A stretch of 64,000 nt of DNA from Microbotryum violaceum (lineage: Eukaryota). Numbering within the stretch: position 1 is the stretch's first letter; each line of letters begins with the position of its first letter. The stretch covers positions 744,001 to 808,000 of the forward strand of contig CDLV01000006.1 in NCBI GenBank assembly GCA_001244265.2, in the 5' to 3' direction. This document shows positions 53,539 through 64,000 of the stretch, piece after piece. The notes under the pieces were generated by a model. That model worked only from the letters and a program-made list of their open reading frames with translations, was not told the DNA's origin and searched no databases. The position numbers and the translations under genes are program-made.

Positions 53539-55565
53539 ATGAATCCATCGCATGTAGGAGGGTCGTATCATGCGTATGCGAACCCACCTTCGTCGTCGTC
53601 GTGGTCCGGCGGTCAAGGAGGGGTACGGAGTCGAATCTCGCATGCCGCGAGTTGGAGAACGTTGACGGTCAGTTAGAGGTTGAGAAGCCTGATCTTACAA
53701 GGGGCTGATGGGTTGCATCCTTGTCTGCAGCTAGCGGTGTTGGTCTTTATGCTGTGGATTGCGCCCTCCCCACTTGGACCTTCCCGCCCAGGCTATCCAC
53801 CACCTCCGTCGTTACCGGATGACGGCGACCTTGGCGGTGTCGAACCACTGGATCACGTCTCTCAAGAAGGAACGTCTTCTCCGCCTCCTCCCGAAACTCA
53901 AGCCCCTTCCCTACTCGGAACCTGCCCCGTTTGTTCGCCCTCCGACGACCTCTGTGCGAAATGGGGCTCCCAAGTCCTCCTCCGGTCGCGCATCTACCGA
54001 GGCACGCTCCATCGCTTTGGCCGCTTTTTCGACAAACTCGCCCGAGGGGAGGACGTCAAGATTGGTTTGCTGGGGGGTAGCATCTCGCATTGCGTCGATT
54101 TGAGTAAGAAAGATTGTTATGAGACTCGATTGGCTCAAGGCTTGAGCAAAGAATGGGGAGTCAATGTGGAGGTCGGTCCCGTTTTAGAGGCAGAGTGGGG
54201 GAACGTTAATATTTTTCGGCTGATCACAGCCCCTTTCTTTTTTTCTACGTTCCCCACTAGATCCTCAACGGCGCGCTCTCAGGCATGGGATCCATGTTCT
54301 TCGAATCATGTTGGGCCTCGCACTTTCTGAACCGCGTCGATCTCATGCTCGTCGACGTCAGCGTCAACGATGTTATGACCTCGCTCAGGAACCCTTCCTT
54401 CGACGCATTGTTGAGGTCCTTGTTGAGTCATGAAGACCGTATGGCCGTTTTGGTTTTAACATTGTTCTCACCCTTGGTCGGGTGGAGGGATGGATCGGCT
54501 CAGGTCGAGAGTATCGCGCAGTATTATGACGTGCCGATAGTTAGGTGAGCTGGGACCGTCAGGGGCTCCCACGAGGTGACCGCAACTCAATTCGGTCTCT
54601 TCCTATACCGTGTATCGCAGTCAAAAGAACGTCGTCATCCACCACCGGCGACACAACCCCCCTCCCGAAATTACCACCCTTAAAGACACGGAAGCGACGA
54701 CCGAGTTCGACCAATGGTACAACCGCGCCAACGCCGAACCCAAGGATGGAACCGAACCCGTCACGGTCGCGTTCCCTGCGGGCCATCATCCGGGACCTAA
54801 AGGGCACGAGTTGATCACGGATTTGATTAGCTCGTTTTTGAGGCATGAGAGGTGCGTTCATGAGAGGGATCGTGGGATTGAGGTAGTGAGGGGCTCGATG
54901 CGCGAGTTTGACGTCTTGGACATGGATATCCCCGAGGTGAGTTCTTCATGGGGGGGGGGGGGAGGGGGGAGGACGGACTTGGTCGGCCCGGATGATCTGC
55001 TGACTGGAGTTACTCTTGCACGCTAGTGGAGCGTCTATACCCTAATCGATGGACGTAAAGCCTCCGTCGCACCTTCCCTGACCTGCTATTCCGCGACACC
55101 CACCACCACAACTCCGTTCCGCATCCTCTCCCAGCGAGGCGGTTGGACCCCAACACACTGGAAGAACAAGTACTACCTCATGGCCGACCAACCGGGCGCC
55201 CATATCGTTTTCGAAGTCGACGTCCCCGAGAGTGCGATCGTGCAACTCATGTATTGGAGGAGTAGTACGGTACCGCTGGGCAGCGCGATGGCCTGGTTCG
55301 ATGATGAGGTTGATAAAGTTGAGATGTTGAGAGGCAAATGGCTTGAGAAGGCGACCGTGCCTGCGTAAGTTCTCAACGGGCTGACCACTTGAAAGGTCTG
55401 ATTGGGGGGAGTGTACTGACCCACGAGTGGGTTCCTCCTTGTAGGTTGGCTCGGTTCGTGTTACCGGCGGAATGGGCGGGCAAGAGAAGGAAGTTGCACA
55501 TCTCTGTCATGGACCATACCGAGACGGGCTCGCACGAGTTTCGCCTCTCGACGCTCATTTACTAG
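53539..55565 (+). CDS. Cap64/Cas3-like SGNH-family membrane-anchored protein
   Basis: TM segment then CPVC....LCAKWG...LLRSRIYRGT..RF, KIGLLGGSISHC, NGALSGMGSMFFESCW, VDLMLVDVSVND, FDALLRSLL, QYYDVP, HHPGPKGHELI, KYYLMADQPGA. Confidence 0.78.
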
Positions 55566-55930
55566 GAGCGCCAAAAAGGCTCGGGTCATTTGTCGGACTC
55601 CCTTGAGAAGTGTAGCCGAGGATAATTTTCTACCGGTCGGGCCATTCTTCAACTCTGTTGTAACGATACGGACTCATTCATCACAACAGCAGGAAAGCTG
55701 CATGGCTACAGGAATTCATCGCATAAAAAAAAGGAGCCCTGCTAGCAGACGAAAACAAGAAGAGCCCCTGCTAACGACCCTTTCATTCGCCGTTTTCCAC
55801 CCGATCATCCTCAACCCTTGTGCCTCGACTCCACATCATCCCCAGACCTCTCTTTTCCGCCTTCAATCTCTACAAAACAGCACCTTTCCCCCGCTTTGCA
55901 ATCTCTACAAGTGATTATCATTGCCCAAAC

Positions 55931-57313
55931 TCATCGCCCATGCTCCTCCTCCCCCTCGTGCTCCTCCCCAAAATCAGCCATCGCCTCTTCCCAACCGTTT
56001 TGCCCGCGGCTCCCCAGCTTGATGGACCCTTTCTGCCCATAAACGTGACCGTCGAACGAAGACCGTTGGTGATTGAACTGGTTCGTAGAGCGTTCTTTCA
56101 GAGGCATTGAATCGTGATCGAAATCTTGGTCGGCCAAGAGTTGGTCCACGTCGTGCAACAGTCCTCCCCCGGAGACAGGAAAACGATCTTGCTCCTCCTC
56201 GTCTTGATCTCGATCGTCGTCCGGATCATCCTCATCGTGTCCCCCTCTACCCAAGATCGCCTCCTCATCCTCCAATTCAACCCCTCTCCCTGCTCCAATT
56301 TGGACGTACGTCATCGTCAATCGATACAGGTACCAACTCGTCAACATCCCCATCACCGAACCCATCACCACGAAAACCAAATTCACGAATTTCGCTCGAG
56401 GGTCCATTCGATTCCGAGAATCCGGATCGGCGAAGAGGAACATGCGCGAACCGATCCAAACGTGGAGTAAAAGTTTGGGCGTGATGCAGAGCGTAGAGAG
56501 GAAGAATTGAAAGAGGGTAACGGTTTCGATCGAAGCGAAGCTTTTCGTTTCATGAACCAAAGATCGGGATCGTTTGTGAGTCAGTGAAGGGTGGGCTTTT
56601 TCCCTTGCGTTTAATGTCGGACTCACAATGCGTTCGAATAAGGAAATGGAAACGGACACAACCTGATGAGGATGCACAACCCCAAGCCTTTGACCCTCAC
56701 GGCCCTACCCAAAGCGACGAACGTGGGCTCCCTCGCCAACATGGGTGCAAAACTACCAATCATCTTCCTCGTCACGACGAAGCTCAAACAACCTCCGATC
56801 ACGCAGCCCAGAGCGGCGATGATCCAACCTTGGAAGGTACCGAATGCGAATCCGCAGAGGGTGATGGTCGTGCCGTAGCCGAAGAGAGGCGGGAAGGAGG
56901 TGAGGATGATGAGACTGAGCAGGACGAGGCGTCCGGAGGGGCCCATATCGCTCAGCGTCGCGGCCCAGTCCGCCATCCACTGTTTGGGGAGAATACATAA
57001 TTAGTGAGTTCCGAGCACACTCGTGTACACGACCCACTTTCTGCGTGGCGCTCTCTCCAATCATTGTCGCGTACAACATCTCGACCCTCATGCAACCCAA
57101 TCACGAACCGCACCCATGACCCCCGGGTATTGCACTTACAGCGAACAACTGCACCGGCGTTAGATAAATCACCAACGCGATCGTGAACACATGCAACCCG
57201 ACCCACGTCCAAAAGATGAGCTTGGACGTGGAGGAGAGCGAGTCGTAGTAATCGCGCGCCCGGTCGAACGTTTCTCGGGCGCGGTGTTGCACGTTGCGGA
57301 ACAATGGGACCAT
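55931..57313 (-). CDS. TVP38: Golgi membrane protein Tvp38 (DedA/VTT family)
   Basis: LTSFPPLFGYGT..TLCGFAFG..GW, LIRLCPFPYSNA, FASIETV, TPKLLLHVWIGSR. Confidence 0.9.
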
Positions 57314-58227
57314 GGTGGGTAGTGGAGGAGCGGGTAGGGCAATCGGAGGAGGGGAAGGCGGTGGAGAGGGCTGGAGTGCAGCTAGTCACTACGGAGATGG
57401 GTGGGAAGGCGCCAATCGAGACTGGGCGGAGCCGCGGTGCGAGTCGGGAAAACGCGTCTCGACGTGGCGCGGGGGGGGCGGGGGGGGGCGTGACGTGTGG
57501 GGACGGGTTCGGGGTCGGGGAGCAGCGCAGCGCAGGACGGCGCACGGTCCGGCGTAGGTAGAACCAGGCGAAACTGACCGGGTCCAAGAGAAACAACTCG
57601 AGAACAAAGGAACGCTTCTTCTTCTTGATGTGGTGTGGTTGGCGGGCTGAAGATGCCCAGAGGTGACGGCGTGAAAGCTGGCACTCGATGAGACGCTCGG
57701 CGGCGCGTCCGTGGCCACGGTGAACCCGACACCGACACCGCCTTCGGTAATCTGGGGGAAAGGGGGAAAAGTAGGAGTGGCAATCCTGGCTCCAAGTCGT
57801 AGAGATGAACGAAAAACGGCCTGAAGGTTCGCAACAGGCATCCCGGTCCACGTAATATTTTCTCTGCGCACTCTCAAGTCGAACTCGCGGAAACAGCTCT
57901 GGAAAAAACGTTCACGACCAAAGACCCCGGAAAAACACATCTTTCTTTTCAGTCCATGTCCAAACAGCAACAACCCAACCACGAAAGCCTCGCTCGAAAA
58001 TCCGGTTCAAAGTCAACGATGGTGGAGTGGAAAAGACTAGACAAAAGACCGAGGGCAGCGTCAAGTCGACGATAGGCTGGGCCATGGTACGTCAACGTAA
58101 CTCCATACAAAGCTCGTCCCGCCCTCCTCCTTTGCTCCATCATGTTGGTGCCGAGTCCTCGAATTGCTGGCCGTCGTTTGGTGTGTTCCCATTCGAAGAC
58201 CAAGTGCGAGAAAAAAAGAAGAGGCGT

Positions 58228-58745
58228 TTATGCTGTCCACGATCAAAGAGGGAGGGGGGATAAGCAACTGAGATTGCCCTCGACCAATTGTCCAAGAGGT
58301 GTGTACTGACCTGAAGCAGCGGCGGCCTTGGCAGCAGCGACGGCTGAAGGTGTGAGACGGATGCGAGTCAGTTCGTGCCCTTGGGACGGCCTGCTCCAAT
58401 TGGGCTCGGCAAAGCGCACCCTTTTGTGTTCCCATAGCGGCGTGACGAGCGTTGCGGCGGAATTTGGGGTCAACCTATGACAGCCCGGATGGATGAGAGT
58501 GATCAGCTTCGGGTGGATCGCAATGCAATCGCAAGAATGAAAGGCAAGGGGTAAGGAACGTACACCCTTGAGCGAGGGGTACTTGTTCGTCTTGGGCTTT
58601 TTGATACCGTTGCGGTGAGCTTTCTGTTGGGTGCGAAAGGTGAGGGTGGATGTAAGTCAAGGCCAGAAGGAAGAGTAGGGTAGGTACGAGGATTGCAACG
58701 CACTCGGGTCTGGTTGTGGGCGGTGTGGTTCTTGGACTTGGCCAT
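58228..58745 (-). CDS. RPL29: 60S ribosomal protein eL29
   Basis: MAKSKNHTAHNQTR|KAHRNGIKKPKTNKYPSLKG|VDPKFRRNARHAAMGTQK; last exon is 5 nt (CATAA); leader-intron acceptor 1 nt before the ATG. Confidence 0.96.
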
Positions 58746-60234
58746 TCTGTGTACGGCAGAGCGGAGCGAAAAAGGGTGTCAGGTCTGGGTGTGCGTCAAT
58801 CGTAAAGTGATCGATCAAGTTGGTGTTTTCCCATCGTTCGTGGTCGTGGTCTCGAGGTCGATAGCAATGCATAATCGTCGTGGTCGCTCGTGGTCGTGGT
58901 CGTGGTCGTAGTCGTAGTCGGGGGTCGGGGGTCGATTGCGTCTCCCGCGTAGGTCGCCCGAGCCTAGCTCCCGGCCGCGAGCCAGCCCAAGCGCCGGGCG
59001 TGGAGGTGCGAAACCACCACCAGCCACGACCATCCATCCATCTATCCAGCTGACCGCTTGCCTCCTCGGCTTCCAATCCACTGCACATCGACGCAATCAT
59101 TCCTTCCTCATCCTGCTCTACATCGCCCATGCGGTCCAAACGGCGATGCTAGCCTCAGTTGGTCGTCGTCGTCGCCGCTCCGCTCAGGCGCGGATTCGAA
59201 TTTTGGGTGGTGTGGGTGGACCAGAGCGGGCGCGGATGAGTGCGACGAACAACGACGACGACCGCAGTGACCTCCCCACTCATAGGTCGTAATGTCGTAG
59301 TCGTGGCATGTCCAAGATACCGGTCATCCGATCAAGATGATCCAAACGTACGTTGATCTGTAGAGGCCTGTGGTATAGGGTGGACGACGATGGGACAGGA
59401 AGGGTAGCCCAAACTCGCCTGCTTGGCACCCGGCCTTGACCCTGCCTCAGCCATGCAATTCGGTTCAATTCGTCCGCAAGCGAATTTGGGCCGGCCACAA
59501 CGCGCATGCGCGCGCGCACGCAGGCCAGCCAGCCCATGGCGCGTGCTACTGACTTTCCCAAGCTCGCGCTCTGCTGTTTTCCTGCTTCCCCCTGTCTTTT
59601 CCGGCCCGCGGGCGGCCTTGAGCTTCGCCAGCCCAATTGGGGTCTTTCAAACTCTGGCTCCCTTTTTTTGAAACACGTTCGGAGAAGGTTTGTAGGGTAG
59701 ACTCCTCTTTCAACTTGCACAATGAAGCGGCTACCAGAACTACACAACTGCCAGCTCTCAAAACTCGGAGACAATTGAGAAGAAAACCCCCGAATTGGCA
59801 CTCACCTTGTGTCAAACCCGACATACTAGCCTGGTAGAGGAAACGCCTGAAAGCAAGGTCGTGTCCATGAGATGGCAAAGATGATCAGCAATCGAGCTCC
59901 CTCCTCGAACAACAACTCCCTCAGTCGCCCACACACAAAACACACGCACAACCGCGCAGAACCCCCGACAAAAGTCGTGAGCAATCCCAATCGCCAACCC
60001 CCACCAATCTCTTCAATTCAGTGATCCAGACATAAAATATTGATATCTTCAGCCGACCTCTCCCGGGTACGGTTTGTAAAGTCGTGACCCGTTTGGCAAA
60101 GTGGAGCGTCGTGGTCCTAGCGGACCTCTTAGTCCGCCCGTCGGTGATGGTTTCATCATGATGAAGAGATGGATGGGAGGAAGTCGTCAGGTGTACGCCT
60201 CTTGCTTTTTGCCTCTTGCAAAAAGATGTGGATA

Positions 60235-60382
<148 letters not shown>

Positions 60383-62494
60383 GGTGTGGTTGGTTAGAGA
60401 AAGAGCTAAGGGAGAGGGTTGAAACTCTTACATGTTGAGTATCACCTCACCTCCATCGTCAAAAGATGAGGATTTAACTTAACCTAAAGCATCAAGCCCA
60501 AACAAAGCAAAAGTCAGTCACTCCTTCCCCACATCTCCACACCCGGAATACGGCGGTCGATAGTCGAAGGTAGGGGCTCAGACATGAACACATAGCATCG
60601 GCATCGTCCGTTGCTACAAGGAGGGGGCAAACCCCCACCCCCGTAGCAAAAGAGCTGGGTTTGCTGAGATAGTGAATCTTGATAAATGTTGGAAAAATCG
60701 TCATGACCGAGGAGGAAACGTTGCGATGGGGAAGCTTGGTTCTCAACGAGGTGGAAAACTTACGATGGGTTTGGTGCGACGCTCGGGCGATGTGCTGAAG
60801 AACGTGAGGAGGCACGTATGGTGTCAGTTTCCTCCCATCTCTTCCACGGAGAACAACGTATGGTCTCAACACCACGAAGGCGTTGTCACTGGTCAGCCAA
60901 GGCTGAAACTTAGATGCGATAGGTTGTCGACAAAATGTGTATTCGGTGTTCCAAAACAAAGGAGCACAAGGGAGAGAGGAGCCAGAAGCCCCTGCCTCCT
61001 TTGCGCGGCCCTGTTTGTATGAAGGAGGTAGTGTAACATCACCCCAGAAACAAACGCGCTCGTGGTGTAGAAAGTTGTGCTGAAGGGCAAGGCTTACCGA
61101 CAGGGAGTCGAGGCCCATCGAGTTCACAGGAGAAGGTCGTGGGTCGGGATCTGATGGTGGAACCACAGCCAAGCTTTGATCAGTCAACTGTTGGAGATGC
61201 GTAGCACCGAGTCCAAGTATCCGTAGCGGGTCGCCAAAGTCGGAAGAGAGCTCAGCGTGTGAATACAAATCTTTAAAATGGAGATTCGTCAAACGAGCGG
61301 CCGGTTGTTCACCGGAACACGCCGTCGGCTACGGTGATGTTAGACCCCAACTTTTTGTTCCCTCGCGCGAACGAAGGAAAGTAAAAGCTCGAGTTCTTCA
61401 TGGCTCTTTTCCTACGGAGGTGTCGGGGAGTGGAGGACGGAAAAGGGAAAGAAGTGCTCACAATGCATTCCGCGGCCATACCACATATCAAGACATGTCT
61501 GATGAGATGAATTGGAAGAGAGGTCGGTTCACACCTGCAGGCTCAAGATGCGCTGCAGGTACAGGACGCCAGCGGATGAAGAAGAAAAAAAATGAGGTTG
61601 GTAGTCAGTGCACGGCCACGAAGGAGCGGCACAGCAAAGCGATCAAGTGGGTGATGTGATGGGCGGATCGTGGGAAAATCAGATCAAGTGTAGATTTATA
61701 GGAATATCTGCATATCGACGTGAACGCGCAATCTCGAAAGTTCGAGCAAGGGTTCGACGTGGGCCGTGGATGATCGGAAAACGAGCGTTCGCAGCGGGGG
61801 TCGAGGCGTCTGCAGTGCAATGAGCCCACGCAGACAGCCGACCTGACCGACGACTATCGAGCACTGGTCGCTGGGTGGGGTTCCTCATCACTTTTGTGGA
61901 GATTGGAGGTGGACAGGACGACTGGTGTGGACCGTGGGGAAGGGAGCGACTTACGATGCGGCGTGGCACTTGGTGAGGAGCAAGCCAGGGCCAGGGCCAG
62001 AGCAGAGGCTGCGAGCGGCGCACCGCTCACGCGCACGCGCACGCGGTGCAATTGGCTCGGGTTCCTAATGAGCGCTTGCGTTGCTAATGCCTGCGAGCGT
62101 GTGATTGCTGGCTATTACTATCGCTGACGTGCGATGATCTGATCGCCAACCCCCTGATACGATACCGCACGCGCTTTCCACCACCACCACCACTCGGCTC
62201 AACTCGACTTGGGAGAGTGTGATCAAGCTCCAACCGATTGCCTCCTGCCAGTCGTTGGGCCACACGATAAGGGAGACGACGGGACCGTGTGACTCTGATC
62301 GTCTTGGTCGTGACACGCTGTACCCGACACGTCGGCCGGCTTGGACTGCCCGCTGGTTTGCTCCCCCCCCCCCCTCCCCCCCACTCGGCACCGGCACGAG
62401 AAGCGCGCGCAGTCTCACCAGCACATTCCGAGCTGGCAGCTGACTGATCGTGGGCTAGAGAAGGCCTTGGGGGCCGGCAGGAGGGGACGAGACC

Positions 62495-64000
62495 ATGTCG
62501 TACCACTACAACAGCGACCACTATGACGACTACCACTATCAGTCGACCAGTGCCGCAACTTTCCCCTCGGCGTCATCGTCGTCGTCCTCATACCTCCACA
62601 CGAAGCAGCCTCCGTCGGCCGACGCACCCCTCGGACAGGCACCGCCTCCTCAAGCTTTAGCTCCACCAGGTCGGTCTCAGGTGCACTGCCAACACTCCGC
62701 AAGCAAGGGTTGCTTTATACCGTCTCACACGGCTGATTGACAACTCGACTGCAGACCTCGAGGTACCGTTCTATGCACGTACGTGCGCGGCTCACGGCGA
62801 AGAGCTTCGACACCGTCATTCCATCACCGCCGCTCCGTCTCAGCCGTTGCGCCCGTCCCAGACCCAGTACGACCACAACCCAGCTGGATACGACCCATCC
62901 CATCCCCACCCTGGGTATGCACGCTACCAAGCTCCTGTTCCACCGTCACAACCTTATGCCATAGCCGCCGCTGCCTCGGCTCCTCGCCCTCCTCCTGGCG
63001 CCTATGCCCCTCTTCCGCCGACAGCTCCTCCTCGGCCGCCTCTTCCACCCGGTGGACACACCTCCTCATCCTCCTTACCCGTCAACTCGGTCTCTGCCCC
63101 GTTCTACCCGACCGTGGATGACTACACCGCTCGGCTCGAGGCGTTGCAGATGGGCAATCTCTTCCCCGACGATTCGTCGTCGTCCCCGGCCTCGTCGCCT
63201 TCAACCGGTCTGAGACCCCCACCTCCGCGCCCGTTGACAATATCGCCCCCTTCCAACTCGAGCCTCAATCACCACCGCCGCAGCAGCCCAACGACCCCTG
63301 ATCAACTCTACCCTCGCGACCAACGCGACAGCTTCACCAGCGGATTCATCGCCATGTACGGCGGCTCGCCCTCGCCGCAGAATTCGCCCCTGCCGTTCAC
63401 CAACAACCTCTCGTCGTCTTCTGTGCAGTACCAAGCCCAGCAGCGCTACTCGAGCGATTCGTTGACTGCCGCGTCGCCGATTCATACGTCACATCTGTCC
63501 AACGCCACCGCCATGGCTATGCCGAGTCCGCTCTCGCCTCCGGTTCGATCGCAAGCCGCCGCATCGCTCGCCGCCGTCACGGGGATATCGAATGCTGCTT
63601 CCACCTCGGCTTCAGCTTCAAACAATTCTTACCCGTCCCATGCCTCGCATCCCAGCACGGACTCGTCCGCGACCCGGTCCTCGAACGGATCCCTGCCGCG
63701 ACCGCTCCCGCACGAAGATTCGTTCTATTCGGTCGCGTCCTCGACATGGTCACCGGGGCAGCCGGGACATCAACATAATTCGAATCACAGTTCGACTTAT
63801 AGCTCCCACCATACGAGGAAGTCGCCACCCCCACAGCATCAACCGTACGAAGCTGCCCCGCTCAAACCTTCGAGACCACCCCATTTCGTCCACTCCTCCG
63901 CCTCGTCATCCAGCGGGCGGTTCATCACGGACGGGCAGACGTTGGACTATTCGAACCCTCCGAGGTCGGGTAGCCTGGAGCACTTTCGAAGTACGGCCAG
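62495..64000 (+). CDS. 5' part of a Pro/Ser-rich protein truncated by the window end; function not assignable
   Basis: ATG 62495, intron, 8-nt microexon 62755-62762, intron, then an exon from about 62862 open to 64000 (YPTVDDYTARLEALQMGNLF...). Confidence 0.7.

Noticed and set aside
60492..61292. 266-aa minus-strand ORF in a lower-GC stretch
   Set aside because: Non-ATG start, no recognisable domain, no TIR, LTR or TSD found; possibly a relic but unsupported

Overview
Intron-rich, GC-rich eukaryotic DNA from a fungus, most likely a basidiomycete yeast (Pucciniomycotina/Microbotryomycetes-like, inferred from protein similarity and GTGAGT/GTTCGT/GTCAGT...CTGAC...YAG introns). About 23 genes were read by splicing exons by hand, because the ORF track fragments most of them: PKC1, an Ig+PC-esterase gene with a tandem pseudogene copy, a MED25-like gene, EAF3, EMC8/9, MPC1, two paralogous small secreted proteins, RPL23, EFM7, UBLCP1, a WetA-domain protein, VAS1, a SAM-like protein, TIP41, SEC13, UBP2, RPS16, a Cap64-like gene, TVP38, RPL29 and a gene truncated at the right edge. 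There is also a 2.05-kb non-autonomous DNA transposon (31-bp TIRs, 8-bp TSD) and a (GT)n microsatellite. The most unusual signal is the RPS16 leader intron: its branch point sits about 60 nt from the donor and is followed by about 724 nt with no AG dinucleotide until the acceptor next to the ATG. Other highlights are a probable GUG-initiated mitochondrial ValRS isoform, two start codons split by introns, and tandem branch-site-like repeats in the RPL23 leader. All exon boundaries are manual predictions, and family assignments come from recalled motifs, not database searches.
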